Shown here: positions 1-10,307 of the stretch, in pieces | How the letters are laid out: every line of letters starts with the position of its first letter | Numbering within the stretch: position 1 is the first letter of the stretch | Source of the DNA: Chiloscyllium plagiosum | Lineage: Eukaryota | Assembly (NCBI RefSeq): GCF_004010195.1 | Contig: NC_057720.1 | Coordinates: forward strand, 27,675,410-27,708,139 | Direction of reading: 5' to 3' | DNA length: 32,730 nucleotides | Position numbers and translations under genes: made by a program | Notes under the pieces: model-generated | Databases searched by the model: none | Told to the model about the DNA's origin: nothing | What the model saw: only the letters and a program-made list of their open reading frames with translations

Positions 1-797
1 TTTGGGGATAGTGACCATAATTCGGTGATTTTTACACACGTGATGGAGAGGGATAAGTGTGTACTACAGGGCAAGAATTATAGCTGGGGTAAGGGAAATT
101 ATGATGCGGTGAGGCATGACTTAGGATGTGTGGCTTGGAAAAGTAGACTCCAAGGCAAGAGTGTAAATGATATGTGGAACTTGTTCAAGGGGCAACTATT
201 GAGTGTCCTTGATAATTATGTACCTGTCAGGCAGGAAGGAAAGGGTCGTGCGAGGGAGCCGTGGTTTAATAAGGAATTGGAATCCCTTGTTAAATGGAAG
301 AGGGCGGCCTATCTCAAGATGAGACGTGAAGGTTCAATTGGGGCGATTGAGAGTTATAGGGTAGCCAGGAAGGACCTGAAGAGAGAGCTAAAAGCAGCAA
401 GGAGGGGACATGAAAGGTCCTTAGTAGATAGGATTAGGCAAAACCCTAAGGCTTTCTATAGGTATGTTAGGAATAAAAGAATGACTAGGGTAGGAATAGG
501 TCCAGTCAAGGATAGTAGGGGGAAGTTGCGTGTGGAGGCAGAAGAGATTGCGGAGACACTGAATGAATACTTTTCTTCAGTATTCACTCAGGAACAGGGC
601 ATTGTCGATGAGAATACTGAGGCACAAATAAGTAGAATGGATGGCTTTGAGGTATGTAGAGAAGAGGTGTTGGAAATCCTGGAAAAGGTAAAAATAGATA
701 AGTCCCCTGGGCCTGATGGCATTTATCCTAGGATTCTCTGGGAAGCAAGGGAGGAGATTGCAGAGCCATTGGCCTTGATTTTTATGTCCTCGCTGTC

Positions 798-1229
798 NNN
801 NNNNNNNNNNNNNNNNNNNNNNNNNNNNNNNNNNNNNNNNNNNNNNNNNNNNNNNNNNNNNNNNNNNNNNNNNNNNNNNNNNNNNNNNNNNNNNNNNNNN
901 NNNNNNNNNNNNNNNNNNNNNNNNNNNNNNNNNNNNNNNNNNNNNNNNNNNNNNNNNNNNNNNNNNNNNNNNNNNNNNNNNNNNNNNNNNNNNNNNNNNN
1001 NNNNNNNNNNNNNNNNNNNNNNNNNNNNNNNNNNNNNNNNNNNNNNNNNNNNNNNNNNNNNNNNNNNNNNNNNNNNNNNNNNNNNNNNNNNNNNNNNNNN
1101 NNNNNNNNNNNNNNNNNNNNNNNNNNNNNNNNNNNNNNNNNNNNNNNNNNNNNNNNNNNNNNNNNNNNNNNNNNNNNNNNNNNNNNNNNNNNNNNNNNNN
1201 NNNNNNNNNNNNNNNNNNNNNNNNNNNNN
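798..1229. other. Assembly gap (N run) inside the CR1
   Basis: Run of N. Confidence 1.
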
Positions 1230-1300
1230 ACTGCAATGTACTGTACTGCACTGTAATGTACTGTACTGCTCTGTACTGCACTGTATTGCACTGTGCACTG
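1230..1300 (+). repeat. Degenerate pentamer simple repeat (CTGTA/CTGCA)n
   Basis: actgcaatgtactgtactgcactgtaatgtactgtactgctctgtactgcactgtattgcactgtgcactg, abutting the gap. Confidence 0.9.
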
Positions 1301-2872
1301 GTGACGAAGGAGGTTGATGAGGGGATAGCGGTAGATGTGGTATATATGGATTTTAGTAAGGCGTTTGATAAGGTTCCCCATGGTAGGCTACTGCAGAAAA
1401 TACGGAGATATGGCATTGAGGGTGAGTTGGAGGTTTGGATTAGGAATTGGCTGGATGGAAGAAGACAGAGGGTAGTAGTTGATGGCAAAGTTTCTTCATG
1501 GTGTGCCGTCACTAGCGCTGTTCCGCACGGATCTGTTTTGGGACCATTGCTGTTTGTCATTTTTATAAATGACCTGGAAGAGGGGTTAGAAGGTTGGGTG
1601 AGCAAGTTTGCGGATGATACGAAAGTCGGAGGAGTTGTTGACAGTGAGGAAGCATGTAGCAGGTTACAGCAGGATATAGAGGGGCTGCAGAGCTGGGCAG
1701 AAAGGTGGCAAATGTAATTCAATGTAGCTAAGTGTGAGGTGATTCACTTTGGGAAGAATAACAAAAAGATGGGGTTCTGGGCTAATGGTCGGATACTTGG
1801 TAGTGTGGATGAGCAGAGGGATCTTGGTGTCCATGTACACAGATCTCTGAAAGTTGCCACCCAGGTAAATAGTGTGGTGAGGAAGGCATATGGCGTACTG
1901 GCTTTTATTGGTAGAGGAATTGAGTTCCGGAGTCCTGAGGTCATGATGCAGTTGTATAAGACTCTGGTGCGGCCGCATCTGGAATATTGTGTGCAGTTTT
2001 GGTCGCCATACTATAGGAAGGATGTGGAGGCATTGGAACGGGTGCAGAGGAGGTTTACCAGGATGTTGCCTGGTATGGTAGGAAGATCGTATGAGGAAAG
2101 GCTGAGGCACTTGGGGTTGTTTTCATTGGAGAAAAGAAGGTTTAGGGGTGACTTGATTGAGGTGTACAAGATGATTAGGGGGTTAGATAGGGTTGACAGT
2201 GTGAACCTTTTCCCGCGTATGGAGTCGGGTATTACAAGGGGGCATAGCTTTAAATTAAGGGGGGGTAGATATAGGACTGATGTTAGGGGTAGGTTCTTCA
2301 CTCAGCGAGTCGTAAGTTCATGGGATGCCCTGCCAGTAGCAGTGGTGGACTCTCCCTCTTTATGGGCATTTAGGCGGGCATTGGATAGGTATATGGAGGA
2401 TAGTGGGTTAGTATAGGTTAGGTGGGCTTGGATCGGCGCAACATCGAGGGCCAAAGGGCCTGTACTGCGCTGTATTGTTCTATGTTCTATGTTCTATATA
2501 TGCACTTCACACTGCTGTTACAATGTGAGACCAATGAAATCTTATTAAAATTCAGGACTTTGCATTTTTAACATTGGCCTTTAGTGAGTGACATTATAAG
2601 CGTTACAGCAACCTTTACTCCAGTATTGCCCAGGATCACACATAATGACTTTCATTTCTCTTTAGAGATGTTTGGTGGTCATATTTCAATTCCACTGTGT
2701 TATATATTAATCACTCATGTAAGCAAATATTTTAGAATAACAAATAAAAAAATTAGTTGTGTATTTTATAGAATTTTTTTAAAAAAATTTAAATTTTTAA
2801 TGAATCTTTTGAATTCAGATTTTAATGGAGAAGACACAGTTTTATTGAACAATGTTTAATTTCTGTCTGCAG

Positions 2873-2941
2873 GACCAGTACCAGTTATGTTACCGAGCAG
2901 CGCTGGAGTACCTTGGAAGCTTTGATCACTATGCAACGTAA
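2873..2941 (+). CDS. PTPRF: Last coding exon of receptor-type tyrosine phosphatase LAR/PTPRF (end of the D2 domain)
   Basis: Acceptor tttaatttctgtctgcAG (AG 2871-2872), then [25 protein letters not shown]. This is the LAR-family C-terminus; YQLCYRAA matches PTPRF as recalled rather than PTPRD (YQFSYRAA) or PTPRS (YQFCYQAA). Too short for the ORF track. Confidence 0.92.
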   Translation, partial: DQYQLCYRAALEYLGSFDHYAT

Positions 2942-4285
2942 CTTCTATCACCCAATCAGAACTTGTGACTTTCAGGACCCAGAAAATAATTTTTTGAGCC
3001 ATATCAAATCATTGTTTGGTTATCCTGTACAGCGAGTTGTCAAGGTGTAATGATATCAGCAACTCAGAAATTCTATCATGGTTCTTGGACTTATCAGGAA
3101 CTAAGTTGACTTGTTTTAACTCCGAACCAATATGATAATAATTTACACATCTCAAATCCTCTTCAATCTACATGGGATTCCTTTTTTGATTATAAGTTTA
3201 GCTCAAATATAATGCATCAGTTTTTTTTGGGCTTTAACAGGGGTGCCATCAACAATTTTATAAATCTTTTTATTAAAATTGGTATTTTTTTCTGAAGCTA
3301 AATTGTTTTGCTCAATGGCAAAACAGAATTCCTTGTGCTGTAAATGCATTTTTTAATTTTATTATAATTGGTTAAGTTTTTATATTCTCCTTTTTGCTGA
3401 TTTAAGGGTTCTTTATGTTTGCAACAGAGCTGCCCATTTTAGTGCAGCTCTGTATTTAATCCGGGGTGACTGGAATCTTAACCACTGTTCTGATAATAGC
3501 TGCTGTATCTACTCCTAGGGATAGACAAATCAAACTGAAGTTTAATCTTATATGAAAGTGTCTTCTCTCCAGATACTGTACAATACAAAACTATTAATAC
3601 TGAATAAAGCAGGAGCCTGGTGCTGTTAGATGAATTTAATAAAAAAAAACAAGGATGCATTTTGGTTTTGTACAGTTTCTTAATATGACCGATTTGATCC
3701 TTTCCTTGTTTTAAAAAAAATAAAAATGTTAGAAAAAGTAATCAATACCCAATAATCTATTGGAGATAAATTTAAACTGGATCACAACCAACTTCATGTA
3801 AACACTGCAGCGCACCTTGCTACAAACTTCAATCACCTACCCAGAGAAGAGCTGGGAGCAGCAACGCTTATTTGTCACCAATCAGACCAGTTGGTCTCTG
3901 TTTTACGTTGACTATTGTGGGAGTTAAGACTGCTAAGCGTTTCCTTACCAATAGCCTGAATTTTCCAGTTAGCTATTATGGTGGGTGGAAGTTCTGTGAT
4001 TGGATAATCAACTGTTATTCTGTGGAGCTGTTGCAGTAGGGTGTCTGGGTGTGGAATTGGGGAAGGTGGTGGATGAATGCCAAATATAATCAATTAGAAT
4101 GATATCGACTGTAACCTGATTTGAAAAGGTTGAATTGTTCGGAACACGCTCATTTTTACCTTGTGTATGCATAGTGCTGTAGGGGTTACTCTGTTGTATA
4201 CACAGTCTGTTTTCTATTTGTTGATAAATGAGATCATCATTGGAAAAGTCTTGATGTTAATAAAGTTGAATAATCGGGTTTTATA
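2942..4285 (+). other. PTPRF: Probable PTPRF 3' UTR with candidate poly(A) signals
   Basis: AT-rich sequence with no recognised repeat after the stop. AATAAA at 3603, 3638, 3719 and 4259; the last is followed by GT-rich sequence. The end point is inferred. Confidence 0.6.
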
Positions 4286-4570
4286 CAACGTGGTTTCATT
4301 GGGGAATTCTTACTTCTTATTCCACTCTTGAAAATTAAAGCTTCATCTATGATAAACATCAATCCTCCGTTTTGGTCTGCATGCAGATATAAATATAAAT
4401 TTACCAAAAGCAGTTTAGTAGAAAAGTAAGGCCATTGCTGATTAAAAACAAATTAATGAAGTGAAGTTGGGAGGAGAGTGATGATGAGATGAGAACTCAA
4501 AATGATTTGCAGATGTAATATTGTGATCACACTTGTTTTATGTATTGACTCCACTGAAAATGAATATTAT

Positions 4571-4838
4571 GGATGTAAATTTGCTCACTGAGCTGGAAGG
4601 TTCATTTCCAGACGTTTCGTCACGTTACCAGGTAACATCAACAGTGAGCCTCCGGTGTTCTGACCCGCTTTCGATTTGTGTGTTGAGGTTTCCTTGGGTT
4701 GGTGATGTCATTTTGTGTGATGTCATTTCCTGTTCTTTTTCTCTGAGGGCCTGATCATCTGAAAACGAACCTTCCAGTTCAGCAAGCAAACTTACATCCA
4801 GAACCTTAACCTGAGCTACAAATCTTCTCAAAACTCGC
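4571..4838. mobile_element. Miniature Penelope-like insertion with inverted arms
   Basis: Inverted arms 4570-4612 and 4758-4800; direct repeat TGAATATTAT at 4561-4570 and 4839-4848; HHR-like core on the minus strand. Confidence 0.75.
4608..4647 (-). ncRNA. Degenerate type I hammerhead ribozyme motif
   Basis: Minus strand tca-CTGtTGA-tgttacctggtaacgtgac-GAAA-cg-TC-tgg; the core has T where CUGANGA requires A. Confidence 0.55.
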
Positions 4839-6479
4839 TGAATATTATTATATCACAGGAGTGGAACTGAAATTAGATCCATTCATGTAACACATTTTAG
4901 GGGCCAACGTAGACTCACGATTCCCCATTATTTCAATTCCAACCTTTCAAATGAAGATCAGACAGCCAACTTTATTTCCTCTTTATTTCCTGCATCTTGC
5001 TGGGAGAACTTCCAAGTGCTGACAGCCATGCAATACTGTGGCCAAGTTTCCATTCCTCATGTATGCATGCTTAAGGCAAAGTACCAGTAAGCTGTTACAC
5101 AGCCAAGCCAAATTCTGTTCCCACTAAATATCATTCATATTTTCTCTGACAGAGGTTTACCATTGACAGTTTTAGTCTCCTTCTATGGCTAAAGCTTCTG
5201 AGGCCAATTATTAGCACCTACACAAGATCAGCTAACTCACCAAAGCCTGTGAAACCTGGAGCTGGATGCAACCATTCCTCCACCACCACCCCCCACCCAC
5301 AACACACACATATAATTAAAAAAAGAAAGGCAGCTGCCCTATCAATGAAGAGATTTGAAGTATAACTTATATCTCTCTGGAACAAGAATCCCACCGCAAG
5401 GATTCTGCCTCTGAGAAGCTTGGTGGTAGCTCTACAGAACCAATAGTACGATGGGGAGCAATGGCCACGGTGTGTGCTGCAGCAAGGCCAAAAGGAAGTA
5501 CACTGTGATAAATTCAATCCAGCGGATAGGGGGTGTTAGGGAACCCACTGACAAGGTGCACATCTGCAAACCCTTTCTCCTGTGGGTCAAAACAATACTG
5601 ATAAAGAATCTCAAGATACTCCCTTCACGACACCTTTAAAGGGTCTGGTGATCTCTGGCAATACTCAAAACAGCAACAGTGGATGATGTTGGATCCTCAA
5701 TCCCTCACTCTTCTTATCTTCAGTGTTCAGTCCTTTTCTAACTGTGTAACACACATGGCAACACGTGCTCTATACTTAGAACACTGCTTAACGTCAGGAT
5801 ATGTTCTAAAACTGTCAAGCCAAAGGCATTCATTTAGAGATAATCTTGTTTGTTTCCTCATTACATAAATTCTGACTGTGTTCTAAACTGTCAAACAGAA
5901 TACAGACTGAAACCTAACGCCAATGAAATTAATCTTCCATTAACCCATTATTTCTCAGCTATTCTTTCCCATAGCAACTCCAGATCACAGGGCATTTTGT
6001 GGAACCTCATAGTGTTATAATGAGAAACTAAATAACTGCCTTCCAGAATATTCCTGAGCAGACGTTGGTTATTGCATTAAAAGAAAACATGTGCTTTCCA
6101 AAGGACACTGGTCCTCACAAGATATACAAGCCTTTTTCCTGATGTCTGAGTGTATAAATATGTTTTATGATGTGATGATAAGCCAGTAAGATTATAGGCT
6201 ATATTTCTGGATGATACTGTTAGCTTAATTCAACAGGTACAATAATGAATGAAGGGGTAAGCCACACCACAACTCAGTACAGTCTCACCAATGAGGGGAA
6301 ATTAGTCAAGTTTCCATTGCTCAACACTACCAAGTGCTCCTTCTAGCAATTTCAAGGACATGAACATAAAATGAAGTTAGATTGAACTCTGATGTGATTC
6401 CGTTTGCATGCAGGTAAGTGAGTCACTGCTTTAGTCACATGAAGCTGTTATATCATTATTAAAGAAAAGCACAGAGACT

Positions 6480-8750
6480 GTTGGGGAGATGGCCTCACAG
6501 GGAAGGCAGCAATGGCCACATTTGTGGTCGACTCTACTGCACAGCAGGAGAGGAAAAAGATTGGGGAAAACTTTAGTCATAGGGGACTTGATTGTAAGGC
6601 AAACTGACAGGCAGTTCTATGTCAACAAACGAGATTTTCAAATTATATGTTGCCTCCCTGATGCCAGGGTTTGGGATACCTAGAGAGACTGTCGGGCATT
6701 CTGAAGGGGGAGGATGAACAGCTAGCAGTCATGGAATACGTTGGTACCAGCAACATGGGTTAAAAAAGAAATAAGGTCCTACAACAGGAATTTAGACAGG
6801 TAGTAGTTTAAAGAGGAAGACTACAAAGGCTGTAATCTGTGGATTACTTACACTGCCACCCGCTACTGAGTACAGGAATAGAAAGATAAGTTGAATGAAC
6901 TTGTGGCTAAAAGGATGGTGTAGGAGGGAGGGCTTTAGGTTTTTGGATGTTGGGACAATTCTGGGTGAGGTGGGACATGTACAAGCTGGACAGATTTCCC
7001 CTGTACTGGAATGGGTCCAATATGCTAGCTGAGAGGTTTGCTCATGCTGTTGTGGAGGTTTTAAACTGATTTGGCGGGGGAATGGGGCACAAAGTAGATG
7101 CGAAGTCAGGAGCAGGGTCCAATCAGAAATGGAAGGAATACTAGGACAATGCTGTAGGCAGAGAAGAGATCTAGACAACTATCTAGACAGGATAAGGCAC
7201 ATCGAGATCTAGACAACTAACTTGTATCTATTTTAATGCAAGGAGCTTGACTGTTAAGGTGGATGAACATAGAGCATTGGTCAGCATGAAGAAATATGAT
7301 TCACTGCAATCATTGAGATATGGTTGGAGGAAGGACAGGACTGGCAGCTCAACATTCCAGGGTACAGAGGTTTGAGGTGGAAGAGGGCAAATAGGCAATT
7401 AAGACGTGGACATTGCATTTTTGATAAATGAATCACTGCAGTAATGACGGAGGACATCCTAGAAGGGTCTTCAAATGAGGTCATCTATGTAAAGCTTAGA
7501 AATGTAAAAGGGTTGATTACCATCTTGGGATAATACTACAGGCCTTCCAACAGTCAGAGGGAGAGATAGAGGAGCAGGTATGTAAGCAGATCGCAGAAAG
7601 ATGTAAGAAAAACTGGGTTCGCTATAAGGGACTTCAACTTTGTAACATTAACTGGGATTGCCTTGTGAAAGGATCAGATAGGGTGGAATTTTTAAAGTGC
7701 ATCATGGAGAGCTTTTTGTACCAGTAGGTAGATAGTCCTACTAGAGATGGAGCAGTGCTGAACCTAATCCTCGAATGAAGCCAGTCAGGTGGTTGAAGTA
7801 TCAGTGAGGATTTTGGGGATAGTAATCATAACTTTATAAGTTTCAAAGTCATTATGGAAACAGATAAGGATGGTGCAGAAGTTAAGTGTCTAATTTGGAG
7901 AAGGCCAATTTCAGTATCTTTGACAGGAATTGGCAAACATAGATTGGGAGCAGCTATTTGCAGGAAGTCTACATTTGGAAAGTGGGAGTCTTTTAAAAGT
8001 AGAAAAGTGAAAATTCAGGGCTAGGAAGTTCCCCTAAGAGTGAAAGGCATGGGCAACAAGTCCAGATAATTCTAGATGTCAAAGAATGCTGAGAGTTTCC
8101 TAAAGAAAAAAGAAGGAAGCATTTGTCAGGTACAGCACATTATAAACAGGATAGGCTGGCTTTGTATTCCTTGAAGCAGACGTGTCTGAAGGGGATCTGA
8201 TTAAGGTATTCAAGATTATGAGTGGTATAGACAGAGTATATCATGAGAATCTCTTCCACAGGACAGACATGTCGAAGACCAGAGGGTGGTAGATACATGA
8301 AACATGCTACCTGAGGTGGGGGGAGGGCGGCAGGTACTCTCGAAACATTTAAGAAGCAACTGTGGAGTTTGCACATTCTCCCCGTGTCTGCGTGGGTTTC
8401 CTCCGGGTGCTCCGGTTTCCTCCCACAGTCCAAAAATGTGCAGGTTAGGTGAATTGGCCATGCTAAATTGCCTGTAGTGTTAGGTTAAGGGGTAAATGTA
8501 GGGGAATGGGTCTGGGTGGGTTGTGCTTCGGCGGGTCGGTGTGGACTTGTTGGGCCGAAGGACCTGTTTCCACACTGTAAGTAATCTAATCTAATCTAAT
8601 CTAAACTGGATAAGAATTTAAAATGCTGAGGCATAACTATGGACTAAGTCCAGGTAAATGGAATTAGTATGGTTTGGTGTTTGTGAGGCCAGTATAGATG
8701 TGTGGACTGAAAGCACTACATACAGCACTATATGCTGTATGACTCTATGA
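6480..8750 (+). mobile_element. Decayed CR1 LINE: ORF1 esterase region, ORF2 endonuclease, large internal deletion of RT, 3' end
   Basis: LVIGDLIVRQTDRQF (SGNH/GDSL-like ORF1). Endonuclease motifs tactacaggccttccaa and gggacttcaac. Near 8175 it jumps to ctgaaggggatctgattaaggtattcaag (RGDLIEVFK-like). Ends tgtatgactctatga. Confidence 0.8.
8361..8603 (+). mobile_element. 5'-truncated HE1-like SINE inserted in the CR1
   Basis: tgtggagtttgcacattctccccgtgtctgcgtgggtttcctccgggtgctccgg core, (TCTAA)n tail, AACTG direct repeat at 8358-8362 and 8604-8608. Confidence 0.9.
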
Positions 8751-9523
8751 AAACACCAAGCAGATTTCAGCATCAATATTCCCTTTTTTTTCAACCAATT
8801 TCCATTATCATCCTACTTCTTCCTTATGGGTCCTTTTTTATATCATGTGATGTGTCAGCATTGCTGTCAAGGCCAGCATTCGTTGTCCATCTTTCATGCC
8901 AGTGAGAAAACAGCTTTTCATCAGTTGAGTCTTAAGCTCTGAATGAGCTGTCCTGAGCTTCCTTCACTGGTGCCCTCACTCACTGAATTTTAAGATGAGC
9001 AAAACTGAGTTGTACTTGCATCTTTTGTCCTTACATCACCAGCCTTTCTGATCCTCTCTAACTTTATCTTGTAAACTCATTTCTTCCCTCTTTCAATTGA
9101 AACTGTAAACAAAGTACTAGTTATTACATTTCTCACTCTTTACTCATTTTTAAAGAATTGTGTCCACTGACCTTCCAGTTCTCCATTCTTATCGATTCAA
9201 CATTAAATTTGCCATCACTGATACCTAACTAGGTTCATTCCACTGTTACATGGTGCAAAGTCTTGTCTCTATTTTGCTGAGATTGATAAGCACTATTATT
9301 GTTCTTCATATCTTTTAATGATAAACTCACTAACAAGCAGTTAATACTTTTTACATTGTCACTGACCTTGTCTCTTTCCTACTGCAAAGGCTTCATCCCT
9401 TTCTCTCAATCTCAGCAATACTGTCGTAAATGCAGTGGAGATTTCATTTCCAAAGTTTTTAAAATGTTATTTTTCTTTAATAAGCTACACATTAACTGGG
9501 CTCTTGCTTTTAGTATCAGTCAT

Positions 9524-9846
9524 GGGCAGCACAGTGGCTAAGTGGTTAGCACTGCTGCCTCACAGCGGCAGGGACCTGGGTTTAATTCCTGCCTTGGGTG
9601 ACTGTCTGCGTGGAGTTTACACATTCTCCCTGTGTCTGTGTGGGTTTCCTATGGTTTCCTCCCACAATCCAAAGATGTGCAGGTTAGGTGAATTGGCCAT
9701 GCTAAATTGCCCAAACTGTTAGGTGCATTTGTCAAGGGTATATACAGAATAGGGGAATGGGTCTGGGTGCTTTACTCTTCGGAGGGTCGGCAGGAACATT
9801 GTTGGGCTGAAAGACCTGTTTCCATATTGTAGGGAATCTAATCTAA
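9524..9846 (+). mobile_element. Full-length HE1-like tRNA SINE
   Basis: A-box-like gtggctaagtgg, degenerate B-box gggtttaattcc, conserved core, tail ggaatctaatctaa. Confidence 0.9.
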
Positions 9847-10109
9847 AAATTCCATTTATATTTCTGAAACCTGCACTGCCTACTTCTATCTCCTCATCAT
9901 AATTCACAGACAGTTCTGTCCCTTGGGAGTTAACAATGAGAGGGGGCAGGAGCAGGTTTGGATAAGGATTGGGTTAACACTCAGAAAATGGCATTCAAAT
10001 GGAAACTGACAAAATTTTGACCAAGTAAGGAAACTACATGGAGTTGTTGGGTAAGGAATTAACATATGGACATAGGTAATTAACTGTGAATATCGATACT
10101 TTTAATCAA

Positions 10110-10183
10110 CCTGTTCAGGTTATAATATACCTCTGGAGTAGATGGTACAGAGGTAGGGACGCTACCACTGCACCATAAGTCCC
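10110..10183 (-). mobile_element. Fragment of a tRNA-derived SINE head
   Basis: Minus strand gggacttatggtgcagtggtagcgtccctacctctg, an A-box-like tRNA 5' half. Confidence 0.45.
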
Positions 10184-10307
10184 TAAAATTGGTGTTGCCA
10201 TGTTGTAGCTCAAAGTCTAATTAAGTTGTTGTCATTTTTAAATCAAATTTATCAATCCAGCATTTGACTTGAACAGTCACCACACAGCTTAAACAAGCTC
10301 CGAGGAA

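Larger units (their letters stand above)
1..2497 (+). mobile_element. CR1/HER1-type LINE, ORF2 (end of endonuclease region, RT, C-terminus) plus 3' UTR; continues beyond the left window edge; lies in the last PTPRF intron
   Basis: ORF segments KSPGPDGIYPRIL, VDVVYMDFSKAFDKVPH, VPHGSVLGPLLF, KFADDTK, YKTLVRPHLEYCVQFW, RGDLIEVYK. One in-frame TAA at 1715-1717. 3' tail GGGCCAAAGGGCCTGT then (TGTTCTA)3 ending about 2497. Confidence 0.95.

Noticed and set aside
577..1722. Long ORFs crossing the first N gap, and similar ones at 13916-14468
   Set aside because: Their length is an artefact of N runs; the real parts are LINE sequence or its antisense.
4880..6470. Short ORFs and possible old repeat remnants downstream of PTPRF
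   Set aside because: No recognisable protein, splice-flanked exon or family motif.
8845..8910. ggccagcatt motif shared with about 32624-32680
   Set aside because: Probably remnants of one old SINE/LINE tail, too short and decayed to assign.
9524..9600. tRNA-like A/B boxes (also about 16785, 18970, 20000)
   Set aside because: These are SINE heads followed by the SINE core and tail, not tRNA genes.
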